DNA of 64,000 nt, taken from positions 11,396-75,395 of the forward strand of contig QHSR01000242.1 of the NCBI GenBank assembly GCA_003221635.1, in the 5' to 3' direction. Below, one piece after another: positions 46,542 to 55,149 of this stretch. The stretch comes from Candidatus Rokuibacteriota bacterium (GTDB taxonomy: Bacteria; Methylomirabilota; Methylomirabilia; Rokubacteriales; CSP1-6). Position 1 is the first letter of the stretch, and every line of letters begins with the position of its first letter. The position numbers and the translations under genes are program-made. Under the pieces are notes generated by a model. The model worked only from the letters and a program-made list of their open reading frames with translations. It was not told where the DNA came from and did no database searches.

Positions 46542-47441
46542 TTGCCTCGTCGTCGAGCCCTCCTCGCCGGCGTCTCCCTCGGTAGCGGCTTTCCCGTCGC
46601 CGTCATGGGTGTTCTCAACGTCAGCCCCGAGTCCTTTTACGCCGGCTCGGTCCACACCGCCGGCGATGATCTGCTCACCGCCGCGCTCGCGATGGTGGAG
46701 GCGGGCGCAGCGCTCATCGACGTCGGCGCCCGATCGACGGCGCCCTATCTCGACGCGACCATCGGCGACGAGGCCGAGCGCGCACGACTGGCGCGGGCGA
46801 TCGACGTGCTGGCGCCCAAGGTGCCAGTGCCGATCTCGGCCGACACGGCCTGTCCGGGCCCGGCCCGTGCCGCGCTCGAAGCCGGCGCGCGTGTCATCAA
46901 CGACGTCTCGGGCCTGCGGGACCCGGCGGTAGCCGAGCTCGTCCGCGAGCGCGGCGCCGGTATCATTCTCATGGCCTCCCCACAGGACCCCGGAGCCGCC
47001 GCTCACCCCATCGCGTCGGACGTCGGAAGGCTCCGGCAAGCAGGCGTGGACCCGGTGGCGTCCGTGCAAACGCTGCTGGCGCGGGGGCTCGAGCGCGCCC
47101 GCGCGGCGGGGATCTCCGAGGAGCGTGTGGTGCTCGATCCCGGTATCGGGTTCTTCCGGAACGAGGGGCTGCCCTGGGACGAGTGGGATGCCCGTGTGCT
47201 GGCGGGGCTCGGCGCCCTGGGGGCGCTCGGGCGTCCGCTCTGCGTCGGCGTGTCACGGAAGTCCTTCATCGGCGCGATGACCGGCCGGTCGAAGACCGAG
47301 GAGAGGCTCGCGGGCTCCCTCGCCGCGACCGCGGTGGCCGTGTGGAACGGCGCGGCCTTGATCCGAGCCCACGACGTCGCCGAAACGCTGGATGCGGTAC
47401 GCATCGCCGAACGCATCCGCGAGGCCCCCCGCACCCTATAA
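46542..47441 (+). CDS. folP: Dihydropteroate synthase
   Basis: VMGVLNVSPESF, IDVGARST and INDVSG blocks. Start placed at TTG 46542, 16 nt after the ftsH stop (uncertain). Confidence 0.85.
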   Translation: MPRRRALLAGVSLGSGFPVAVMGVLNVSPESFYAGSVHTAGDDLLTAALAMVEAGAALIDVGARSTAPYLDATIGDEAERARLARAIDVLAPKVPVPISADTACPGPARAALEAGARVINDVSGLRDPAVAELVRERGAGIILMASPQDPGAAAHPIASDVGRLRQAGVDPVASVQTLLARGLERARAAGISEERVVLDPGIGFFRNEGLPWDEWDARVLAGLGALGALGRPLCVGVSRKSFIGAMTGRSKTEERLAGSLAATAVAVWNGAALIRAHDVAETLDAVRIAERIREAPRTL

Positions 47442-47466
47442 TGGACGTGCGAGCAATGGACGTGCG

Positions 47467-48819
47467 ATGACGCGCCTGTTCGGCACCGATGGGATCCGGG
47501 GCGTGGCGAACGAAGAGCCGCTCACGCCCGACCTCGCGTTCCGTGTGGGCCGCCAGCTCGTGGCAACGCTCCAGTTCGACCACGGCGCCGACCGGGTGCG
47601 ACTCGTCATCGGACGCGACACCCGTCGCTCGGGTCCGCTCCTCGAGGCGGCACTGATCGCCGGCGCCCTGTCCGCCGGCGCCGACTGCTATTCCGTCGGC
47701 GTGCTGCCCACGCCTGGCATCGCGGTGCTCACGCACCACCTCGAGGCCCACGGTGGCATCGTGCTCAGCGCCTCGCACAATCCATTCGAGGACAATGGCA
47801 TCAAGCTCTTCTCGTCCGAAGGGACCAAGTTCCCGGACGCGTGGGAGGCCGAGATCGAGCAGCGGCTCGACGGGCCGGATCGCGCGCCCCGCGGCCGCGG
47901 CGCGCAGATCGGCCAGCTCGTGAGCTACGACCGCGCCGAGGCGGTGTACGTCGACTTCCTGTGCGGCTGCTTTCCGCTCGACCTGAGCCGCTTCACCATC
48001 GCCCTCGACTGCGCTCACGGCGCAACCTATCGCATCGCGCCGCGCGTGTTCCGGCGGCTCGGCGCCACGGTGAACACGATCGGTGCCCGGCCCGACGGCA
48101 CCAACATCAACGCCCGGTGCGGCGCGCTCCACCCCGAGGGTCTCCAGCGGAAGGTTCAGGCCAGCGGCGCCTCGATCGGCTTCGCCTTCGACGGCGACGG
48201 TGACCGACTCATCTCGGTCGACCACACGGGTGAGATCCGCGATGGGGACTACGCGCTCGCGATCGCGGGGCGCCATCTGGCGTCGCGCCAGCGGCTGAAG
48301 CAGAATCTCGTCGTCACCACGGTCATGGCCAACCTGGGCCTCGACCAGGCCCTCGAGGCCGCGGGGATCCGCGTGGTCAAGACCCAGGTCGGGGACCGTT
48401 ACGTCTTCGAGGAAATGCAGCGTCTCGGCGCCAATCTCGGCGGCGAGCAATCGGGCCACCTGCTGTTCCTCGACCACTCGACCGCGGGGGACGGGATCCT
48501 CTCGGCGCTCGCGTTGCTCAGCGTGGCCACCGAGACGGGCGAGCCGCTGGCGTCGCTGGCGACGTGCTTGCGCAAGTTTCCCCAGGTGCTCGTCAACGTG
48601 CCCGTCCGGTCCAAGCCCCCGATCGACTCGATCACGGGGATCAGCGGGCGCGTGGCCGCCTTCGAGCAGGAGATGAACGGCCGCGGGCGCGTCCTGCTCC
48701 GATACTCCGGCACCGAGTCGCTGGCCCGCGTCATGATCGAAGGCGCGGACGGGGCCCGCATCCGCGCGATGGCCGACGACCTGGCCGGACTCATCCGCGC
48801 GCAGATCGGCGACCGATGA
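47467..48819 (+). CDS. glmM: Phosphoglucosamine mutase
   Basis: LFGTDGIRG and the phosphoserine loop SASHNPFEDNGIK. Confidence 0.95.
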   Translation: MTRLFGTDGIRGVANEEPLTPDLAFRVGRQLVATLQFDHGADRVRLVIGRDTRRSGPLLEAALIAGALSAGADCYSVGVLPTPGIAVLTHHLEAHGGIVLSASHNPFEDNGIKLFSSEGTKFPDAWEAEIEQRLDGPDRAPRGRGAQIGQLVSYDRAEAVYVDFLCGCFPLDLSRFTIALDCAHGATYRIAPRVFRRLGATVNTIGARPDGTNINARCGALHPEGLQRKVQASGASIGFAFDGDGDRLISVDHTGEIRDGDYALAIAGRHLASRQRLKQNLVVTTVMANLGLDQALEAAGIRVVKTQVGDRYVFEEMQRLGANLGGEQSGHLLFLDHSTAGDGILSALALLSVATETGEPLASLATCLRKFPQVLVNVPVRSKPPIDSITGISGRVAAFEQEMNGRGRVLLRYSGTESLARVMIEGADGARIRAMADDLAGLIRAQIGDR

Positions 48820-49199
48820 CGATCTCCGGCATCGGCGTGGACCTGGTGAGCATTCCGCGCATGCGCTCGATGATCGACCGCTGGCAGGATCGATTTCTCC
48901 ACCGCGTCTTCACCGAGCACGAGATCGCATACTGTCGGGCGCGGAGGGATCCGGCGCCGCACTTCGCGGCGCGCTTTGCCGCCAAGGAGGCGGGGCTCAA
49001 GGCGCTGGGCACGGGGCTGCAGCTCGGTGTCCACTGGCGCGAGCTCGAGGTCCGCCGTGAACGGACCCAGGCGCCGACGCTTGTGCTGTCGGGCAAGTCC
49101 AAGGAGATCGGGTTGTTCAAGGGCGGGAGCCGGATGCTGCTCTCGCTGACGCACGAAGGGGAGTATGCGCTCGCGCAGGCGATTCTGGTGGGCGATTAG
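48816..49199 (+). CDS. acpS: Holo-[acyl-carrier-protein] synthase
   Basis: ATGA overlap with glmM. GIGVDLV...FAAKEA...SLTH. Confidence 0.9.
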   Translation: MTISGIGVDLVSIPRMRSMIDRWQDRFLHRVFTEHEIAYCRARRDPAPHFAARFAAKEAGLKALGTGLQLGVHWRELEVRRERTQAPTLVLSGKSKEIGLFKGGSRMLLSLTHEGEYALAQAILVGD

Positions 49200-49935
49200 C
49201 TTGGCGATCGGATCCAGCGTTCTCTCCGGCTGCGCCGCCCGAGCGAGCCTTCCCGACATCGAGGGGCTGCCCGGCAGGATCGCCGGCAAGGTCGGCCGGC
49301 GCGGCGTCGTGATCGCGGCGCCGCACGGCATCTCGGACGCGCGCACCGGCGACATCGTCGCCGAGCTCGGCCGCCGCACCGGGTTCGGGGTGGTCATCGC
49401 GACCGGCTTCAACCTCGAGCCCGACACGCGCGAGCGCCCGGGCCGGCGATACCAGGTCAACCGGCCGCTCCAGGGCATGCCGGGGCGCCCGCCGTCCGAG
49501 GAGGTCGCCACCGAGAGCGCTCGGCAGGTCTACGAGGCGTACGAACGGCGCGTGCGTGAGGTCGCTCAGGGGCCGCTCACCCTCTATACCGAGATCCACG
49601 GCAACAACCATCGCGATGCGGTGAACCGGATCGAAATCGCCACCGTGGGGATCGACCGTGATGAAGCCGTCCGGCTCCGAACGCTCTTCGAGCTGGTCCG
49701 AGACGCCCACCTCCGCGTGAACCGCGACGCGCCACGTCTCGAGATCCTCATCGAGCCCGCCGACACGGTGCGCTACGCCGCGTCCGGCGCGAAGCGCGGC
49801 GGCATCCTCAAGCTCCCGCAGATGGCGCTGCACATCGAGCTTCCCAAGGCCGCACGCACGGAGTGGCGGGAAACTTACACCGCGGTCCTCGCCGACTTTC
49901 TCGTCCAGGCGTTCCCGCTCCCACCCGGGGAGTAA
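49165..49935 (+). CDS. Predicted lipoprotein, unknown function
   Basis: Signal plus lipobox (LAIGSSVLSG|C). 256 aa. I do not recognise a family. Confidence 0.6.
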   Translation: MRSRRRFWWAISLAIGSSVLSGCAARASLPDIEGLPGRIAGKVGRRGVVIAAPHGISDARTGDIVAELGRRTGFGVVIATGFNLEPDTRERPGRRYQVNRPLQGMPGRPPSEEVATESARQVYEAYERRVREVAQGPLTLYTEIHGNNHRDAVNRIEIATVGIDRDEAVRLRTLFELVRDAHLRVNRDAPRLEILIEPADTVRYAASGAKRGGILKLPQMALHIELPKAARTEWRETYTAVLADFLVQAFPLPPGE

Positions 49936-49940
49936 ACGCC

Positions 49941-51497
49941 GTGCGGAGCGTCTTCACCGCCGAGGAGATGCGGCGGCTCGACCGGCATGCGATCGCCGAG
50001 CTGGGCATTCCCGGGGCCACCCTGATGGAGAACGCCGGTCGCGGCGCGGCCGAATCGATCATCGCCGCGCTGCCCGAGCTCGGCGCGCCCCGCCGCGGCG
50101 CGCGGGTCGTCGTCGTCTGCGGCAAGGGCGGCAACGGTGGTGACGGGTTCGTCGTCGCGCGGTGGCTCAAGCGCCGCGGCGCTCTGCCGTCGGTGCTGCT
50201 CGCGTTCCCGCCCGCCGAGATCGGCGGCGACGCCCGGCTCAAGCTCGAGGAGATGCGGCGCAGCGGGATTCGACCCCTTCGCCTCGCCGACGGCGCCGCG
50301 AGCGCGCTGGCGCGGGCCCACGTCGTCGTCGACGCACTCCTCGGCACCGGCTCGCGGGGCTCGCCCGAAGGCAGCGTCGCGCGCGCGATCGAGCTGATCA
50401 ACGCCAGCGGCCGGCCCGTCGTCGCCCTCGACATTCCCTCCGGGATGTCGGCGGACGGTGGGGCGCCGGCGGGGCCCGCCATCCGGGCGGCGCTGACCCT
50501 GGCGTTCGCCGGACTCAAGCGCGGTCTGGTCACGGCCCCGGGCGACGAGCTCGCCGGACGGGTGAGCGTGGTCCCGATCGGCGTCCCCGACGGCGAGGTC
50601 GCGCGGGGGGTCACGACGTTTCTCCTCGAGGCGAGCGACGTCGCCCCTCACGTCCCGCGACGCCTACGCGCGGCTCACAAGGGAACCTACGGCCACCTGC
50701 TCCTGGTGGCGGGCTCGCTCGGCAAAACGGGCGCGGCCGCGTTGGCGGCGGCCGCGGCGATGCGCAGCGGCAGCGGGCTCGTCACGGTCGCGACGCCCGT
50801 GAGCCAGCAGCCGGTCGTCGCGAGCCTCGTGGTCGAGGCGATGACCGAGCCGTTGCCGGAAACGCCCGCCCGCACGCTCGCGTTGAAGGCGCGGGATGTC
50901 ATCGTCGAGCTCGCGGCGCCTCGCGACGCGGTCGCGATCGGCCCCGGCATCGGTCTCGACGAGGAGACCCAGCAGCTCGTGCGGAGTCTGATCCAGGAGC
51001 TTCGCAAGCCGCTGGCCGCCGACGCCGACGCGCTGACGGCCCTCGCCGGCCACCTCGAGGCGCTGCGCGCGGCCCCGTCGGTGCGCTGCCTCACGCCTCA
51101 TCCCGGTGAGATGGCGCGGATGCTCGGAGCCCGCGTGGACGACGTCCAGCGTGATCGGATCGAGACCGCGCGGGAGTTCGCGACCCGCTATCGCGTCTAC
51201 GTCGTGCTCAAAGGCGCGCGGAGCGTGATCGGCACGCCGGACGGGCGCGTCTTCGTGAATCCGAGCGGGAATCCTGGGATGGCGAGCGGAGGCACCGGCG
51301 ACGTGCTCACGGGCATGCTCGGGGCCTTCCTGGCGCGCGGCATGGAGCCGGGGGCGGCCTTGCAGTCGAGCGTGTACCTGCACGGGAGCGCGGGGGACAT
51401 CGCCGCCGAGCGCGTCGGGGAGGAGGCATTGATCGCCCGCGATGTCGTCGCGGCGATCCCCGAGGCGTTCAAGAGGCTGCGTGGCGCCTCGGGCTGA
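49941..51497 (+). CDS. nnr: Bifunctional NAD(P)H-hydrate repair enzyme (epimerase/dehydratase)
   Basis: YjeF-N block CGKGGNGGDG and a C-terminal carbohydrate-kinase block GGTGDVLTG. Start at the in-frame GTG at 49941. Confidence 0.9.
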   Translation: MRSVFTAEEMRRLDRHAIAELGIPGATLMENAGRGAAESIIAALPELGAPRRGARVVVVCGKGGNGGDGFVVARWLKRRGALPSVLLAFPPAEIGGDARLKLEEMRRSGIRPLRLADGAASALARAHVVVDALLGTGSRGSPEGSVARAIELINASGRPVVALDIPSGMSADGGAPAGPAIRAALTLAFAGLKRGLVTAPGDELAGRVSVVPIGVPDGEVARGVTTFLLEASDVAPHVPRRLRAAHKGTYGHLLLVAGSLGKTGAAALAAAAAMRSGSGLVTVATPVSQQPVVASLVVEAMTEPLPETPARTLALKARDVIVELAAPRDAVAIGPGIGLDEETQQLVRSLIQELRKPLAADADALTALAGHLEALRAAPSVRCLTPHPGEMARMLGARVDDVQRDRIETAREFATRYRVYVVLKGARSVIGTPDGRVFVNPSGNPGMASGGTGDVLTGMLGAFLARGMEPGAALQSSVYLHGSAGDIAAERVGEEALIARDVVAAIPEAFKRLRGASG

Positions 51498-51903
51498 GAT
51501 CGCCAGCGCGAGCCCCGAGGAGACGCAAGACGCCGGCGAGCGTCTGGGTCGTGCTCTCGGGCCTGGCGCCGTGGTCGCATTGACGGGTGAGCTCGGCGCG
51601 GGAAAGACCTGCTTCATCCAGGGGCTCGTTCGCGGCCTCGGCGTCTCCGTCCGCGCGACGAGCCCGACGTTCGTGCTCATCAACCAGTACCGCGGCCGTG
51701 TGCCCGTCTACCACGTCGATGCCTACCGGACCGACAGCCTGACCGAGCTGATGGATCTGGGTCTTCTCGAGTTGTTGGGCGGCGGCGGCGTGACGGTCAT
51801 CGAGTGGGCGGACAAGCTGCCGTCGCTGCTCCCGTCCGAGGCGATCCGCGTGCACATCGATGGCGTCGGCGACGAGCCCCGCGTGATCACGATCCGGACG
51901 TGA
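51481..51903 (+). CDS. tsaE: tRNA t6A37 biosynthesis ATPase TsaE
   Basis: GELGAGKT P-loop, SPTF, and HVDAYR. Confidence 0.85.
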   Translation: MAPRAEIASASPEETQDAGERLGRALGPGAVVALTGELGAGKTCFIQGLVRGLGVSVRATSPTFVLINQYRGRVPVYHVDAYRTDSLTELMDLGLLELLGGGGVTVIEWADKLPSLLPSEAIRVHIDGVGDEPRVITIRT

Positions 51904-51966
51904 GCGCAGGAGCTGTATCGGAAGCGGCGCATTGACCGGCGGACGCGCCACGCGTACGACAGGCCT

Positions 51967-52641
51967 ATGGCGATAGCACGCTGGCCCGCGGCCGAGCGGC
52001 CGCGCGAGCGGCTCTACTGGAACGGCCCCGAAGCCCTCGCCGACGCCGAGCTCCTGGCCATCCAGCTCGGCTCGGGCACCCGCGGCAAGAGCGCGCTCGA
52101 CGTCGCGCGCGAGATGCTGGCCGCTTACGGCTCCCTGGCCGAAGTCGCGGGCCGCGAGGTCATCGAGCTCGCGAAGGTCTCAGGCATCGGGCCGGCCAAG
52201 GCCGCACGACTGGTCGCCGCGTTCGAGCTGACGCGGCGTCTGAGGGCGCGGACCCCGGGCGCCCGCGTCGTCCTGTCCGGCCCCGCCGAAGTGTACGCGG
52301 CATTCGGGCCACTCATGGAGGACCTCAAGCGCGAGGTGTTCCGCATCGCGCTCCTCGACGCGCAGAACGGTCTCCTGCGCGATCGGGTGATCTCCCAGGG
52401 GACGCTGTCGGCGAGCCTCGTGCACCCGAGGGAAGTGTTCAAGCCAGCGATCCTCGAATCGGCCGCCTCGGTGATCCTGCTGCACAATCATCCGAGCGGT
52501 GATCCCACGCCGAGCCGTGAAGACATCCGGCTGACGCGCCAGCTCGTCGAATGCGCGCGCCTTCTGGACCTCCGGATCCACGACCACCTCGTGATCGGAC
52601 ACGGCCGGTTCGTGAGCTTGGCCGAGCGGGGCATTGTCTAG
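51967..52641 (+). CDS. radC: RadC-family JAB-domain protein
   Basis: An HhH region (GIGPAKAARL) and the JAMM motif HNHPSGDPTPS. Confidence 0.9.
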   Translation: MAIARWPAAERPRERLYWNGPEALADAELLAIQLGSGTRGKSALDVAREMLAAYGSLAEVAGREVIELAKVSGIGPAKAARLVAAFELTRRLRARTPGARVVLSGPAEVYAAFGPLMEDLKREVFRIALLDAQNGLLRDRVISQGTLSASLVHPREVFKPAILESAASVILLHNHPSGDPTPSREDIRLTRQLVECARLLDLRIHDHLVIGHGRFVSLAERGIV

Positions 52642-52663
52642 CACCACCGCCCGCTCCGGTCGC

Positions 52664-52906
52664 TCAGCTCTTCGCGAGCTTTTCGATGTCCCTCCGCGGC
52701 AGCGTCTGCAGGCGTGAAAGGAGCGACTTCACCTTACGCTCGGACGAGTGATCGGCCAGGATCAGCTTCTTGGACCGGGTTCCGTCCACGATGTACGCGA
52801 CCCAGTCGTCGAGATTGGGAGTGCCGCGCCACGCGACGGTAACGCCGCTGAGGCGCAGGCGTCGCCGGCCTTCCACCTTCGCCAGTGGTTTCCTGCTGCC
52901 GTCCAT
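52664..52906 (-). CDS. Hypothetical small protein (80 aa)
   Basis: C-terminal part of track ORF 52664..53227, starting at the internal ATG at 52906, which has GGAGGGG 13 nt upstream. Protein-like sequence (VTVAWRGTPNLDDWVAYIVDGTRSKKLILADH...). The upstream 107 codons look non-coding. Confidence 0.4.
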   Translation of the reverse strand: MDGSRKPLAKVEGRRRLRLSGVTVAWRGTPNLDDWVAYIVDGTRSKKLILADHSSERKVKSLLSRLQTLPRRDIEKLAKS

Positions 52907-53178
52907 CGTGGTGTGTCCCCTCCAGGAAAGGCCGGTCGATGCGACCGCGGTGCAGCGTTCAAACAAACGGGAACCATCGCGCGCCAACCTTACGAGCGGC
53001 GTGATTTCAGTGTCAAGGTCTCGTTTCTCCGCCAAAAGTGCGAGCGAGAGACGCGGACGCGAGGGGGACCCGCGTGGAATCCCGCGATTCTTCGGGGAGC
53101 GCTCTCGGTGGACGAACGGACCGTCATATTTTGGCGACGCGTTCGTGAGCCCGCGCCAGACCGTGCGCTTTCGTCGTA

Positions 53179-53205
53179 TGTGGACACCGGTGGACAAGTG
53201 GATAA
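53179..53205 (-). promoter_or_regulatory. Three head-to-tail DnaA-box-like 9-mers
   Basis: The minus strand reads TTATCCACT-TGTCCACC-GG-TGTCCACA, against the consensus TTATCCACA. They lie directly after the pyrD-like stop, in a lower-GC 320-bp spacer. Confidence 0.35.
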
Positions 53206-53227
53206 CATGTGAGCAATTTGGGGGCAC

Positions 53228-54214
53228 TCAGCGGCCCGCGAGGACGCGCTCGAGAATCTGCCGCGCCAGGATCGGCCCCCGCGTGATGAATCCGGTGAAG
53301 TATCCGATCGCGTTCGCCCCTTCATGGAGGAGCTGCCAGGCCTTTTCGGGCGAGTCCACGCCGCCGGTCGCGATGATCTCGAGGTCGGCGCCGAAGACCC
53401 GGCGCGTCCGGCGCAGGTTTTCGCGCGTCGCGGGAAACAGATCGGGGCCGGAGAGCCCGCCCGTGCTCTGCGAGAGGCGCCGATCCGCGATCTTGCGGGT
53501 GTTCCCGTAGTTGACGATGCGGATGCCGGCGGCCAGCGCCGCCGGGATGATCTCCCGCTCGTTGACCTCCACGAAGTCGGGCGAGAGCTTGACGATGAGG
53601 GGCTTGGTCGTCGCTCCGCGCACCTCGCGGAGCAGCGTGGCAAGCTCGGTCGGCTTCTCGCTCCACTCGTACACGAGCTTGGTGTTCGGTGAGGAGATGT
53701 TGAACTCGACCAGCTCGCCGAGCGGCCCGAGCTCGCGCACGAGCCGCACGTAGTCGTCAATCGACTCGCCGGCCACGCTTACGATCAGCGGCACGCGGTG
53801 GGGGAGCGACGCCACGGCGGCGCGGAAGCCCTCGAGACCGGGGTTCTGAAAGCCGTTGCAATTCACGAGCCCCGGGCCGGCGCCGGTGTGCGTCCGGACG
53901 AGGTTGGGCTGGGGGTGCCCGGGCCGTGGCTCGGGCGTGATGGACTTGGCGGTGACGGCGCCGAAACCCAGGCCCATCGCACGCTTGAGGATCACCGGGT
54001 CGTAGTACATGGCGGCCAGGATCACCGGGTTGGGTAGTCGCACACCGCCGAGTTCGATCGCGAGCCTGGGATCCTGGAGCTGGAAATACCCGAGCCGATC
54101 GAGTGGGAACCGTCGGAGCAGGCCCTGCCCCAGCGAGATAGCGGCTGGCTCGGGGAGACGCGAGAGGAGGCCGGCGTAGAGGAGCCGGTAGAGCACCGCG
54201 ATCGTTCGGCTCAT
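53228..54214 (-). CDS. Dihydroorotate dehydrogenase-family flavoprotein (class 2-like)
   Basis: TIM-barrel DHOD blocks (NCNGFQNPG, NISSPNT with a catalytic-Ser-type motif, ATGGV). Start at ATG 54214 (MSRTIAVLYRLLY), with GTG 54241 as an alternative. Confidence 0.75.
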   Translation of the reverse strand: MSRTIAVLYRLLYAGLLSRLPEPAAISLGQGLLRRFPLDRLGYFQLQDPRLAIELGGVRLPNPVILAAMYYDPVILKRAMGLGFGAVTAKSITPEPRPGHPQPNLVRTHTGAGPGLVNCNGFQNPGLEGFRAAVASLPHRVPLIVSVAGESIDDYVRLVRELGPLGELVEFNISSPNTKLVYEWSEKPTELATLLREVRGATTKPLIVKLSPDFVEVNEREIIPAALAAGIRIVNYGNTRKIADRRLSQSTGGLSGPDLFPATRENLRRTRRVFGADLEIIATGGVDSPEKAWQLLHEGANAIGYFTGFITRGPILARQILERVLAGR

Positions 54215-54247
54215 GCGGGACGACCGGCCGAAGAATAACACGCGCTC

Positions 54248-54276
54248 TTGACGATGGCGACGGTGCCATTTAGGGT
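54248..54276 (+). promoter_or_regulatory. Putative sigma-70-type promoter (TTGACG-N17-TAGGGT)
   Basis: A -35 element matching 5 of 6 positions, a 17-nt spacer and a TAnnnT -10 element. The -10 ends 6 nt before the TTG start at 54283, so a GTG start at 54295 or a leaderless mRNA is possible. Confidence 0.3.
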
Positions 54277-54282
54277 GAGACG

Positions 54283-55080
54283 TTGAATTTCATCGTGAAC
54301 TCGCGTCTTGCAACCCTTCTCAGCGTGGTAGCCGTGACTACAGCGTGCGCGGGCACGCCGTCGACGAACGACGGGCCGCCGCTCGGCCTCGATCAGCGCC
54401 TCGTCGCGCCGGCGTTCTCGTTCACGGCCGACACGTTCGCGTTCCCGAACATGATCCGCTCGCGCCATCCCGACGAGCCCGGCCTCTACGCGAACTACTG
54501 CTTCGTGCTGGCGCGCGGCCTGCGCCAGTTCGTCCAGTTCGCCCGGTTCGATCCCGCGTTACCAAAGCTCGATCAAGCCGGGTACGTCGAGCGCGTCAAG
54601 CAGGTCGCTGCGTTGACGCCCTGGCAGCCGGCCTGGCCCCCGGACGATCGGATCGTGATTCCCGGCTACGCGAATCTCCGCGAGTTCTCGCGCGAGGAGG
54701 AGGCCGCCGTCAAGGAAGGGCTGGGAAGCCGGTTCTTGACGCTCGTGCACTGGACGAACTGGCGCGTGGTGTTCCCGGTCACCGGCGAGCACCAGGAGGC
54801 GGTCGCCCACGAGATCCTCGACGAGCTGCGGGCGGGACGCTTGGTCCAGCTTCTCGTGACCAACTGGCCAAAGCCCGAGCTGAACCACACGGTCATTGCC
54901 TTCGAGTCGCACGCCTCCGGTCGTGGCGTCGAGTTCGTCGTGTGGGACCCGAACAATCCGGCCGAGCCCGGCATCATGACGTTCGATCAGAGCGCTCGGA
55001 GCTTCTGGGCGACGCGTCTCTACGACACGGAGCCGGGGCCCATCCGGGCGTTTCGGATGTATTACTCGCGGCTGTTATGA
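54283..55080 (+). CDS. Predicted lipoprotein with a papain-like Cys...His...Asp pattern
   Basis: Lipobox VAVTTA|C. Candidate catalytic triad: YANYCFVLARG, ELNHTVIAFE, VVWDPNNP. I do not recognise a family. Confidence 0.6.
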   Translation: MNFIVNSRLATLLSVVAVTTACAGTPSTNDGPPLGLDQRLVAPAFSFTADTFAFPNMIRSRHPDEPGLYANYCFVLARGLRQFVQFARFDPALPKLDQAGYVERVKQVAALTPWQPAWPPDDRIVIPGYANLREFSREEEAAVKEGLGSRFLTLVHWTNWRVVFPVTGEHQEAVAHEILDELRAGRLVQLLVTNWPKPELNHTVIAFESHASGRGVEFVVWDPNNPAEPGIMTFDQSARSFWATRLYDTEPGPIRAFRMYYSRLL

Positions 55081-55149
55081 TGACGCCCTTGCTGAGTGTG
55101 GTCGAGAACGCCGTGCGGCGGTACCCGGAACACTGGCACGACCCTGGAT

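Noticed and set aside
53050-53100. tRNA- or tmRNA-like T-arm (cgcgtggaatcccgcg).
   Set aside because: The loop is 8 nt and lacks the TTCGAAT-type consensus. No acceptor stem, anticodon arm or CCA-proximal pairing could be built around it on either strand.
52907-53227. Chromosomal replication origin, suggested by the DnaA-box triplet and lower GC.
   Set aside because: There are only three boxes, no clearly AT-rich unwinding element, and no dnaA, dnaN or other origin-linked genes. It is reported instead as a DnaA-box cluster of unknown role.
52664-53227. The full 187-aa track ORF as a gene.
   Set aside because: The N-terminal 107 residues are compositionally non-protein-like and contain the DnaA-box triplet and hairpins. 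Only the last 80 codons, which have their own SD and ATG, are reported, at low confidence.
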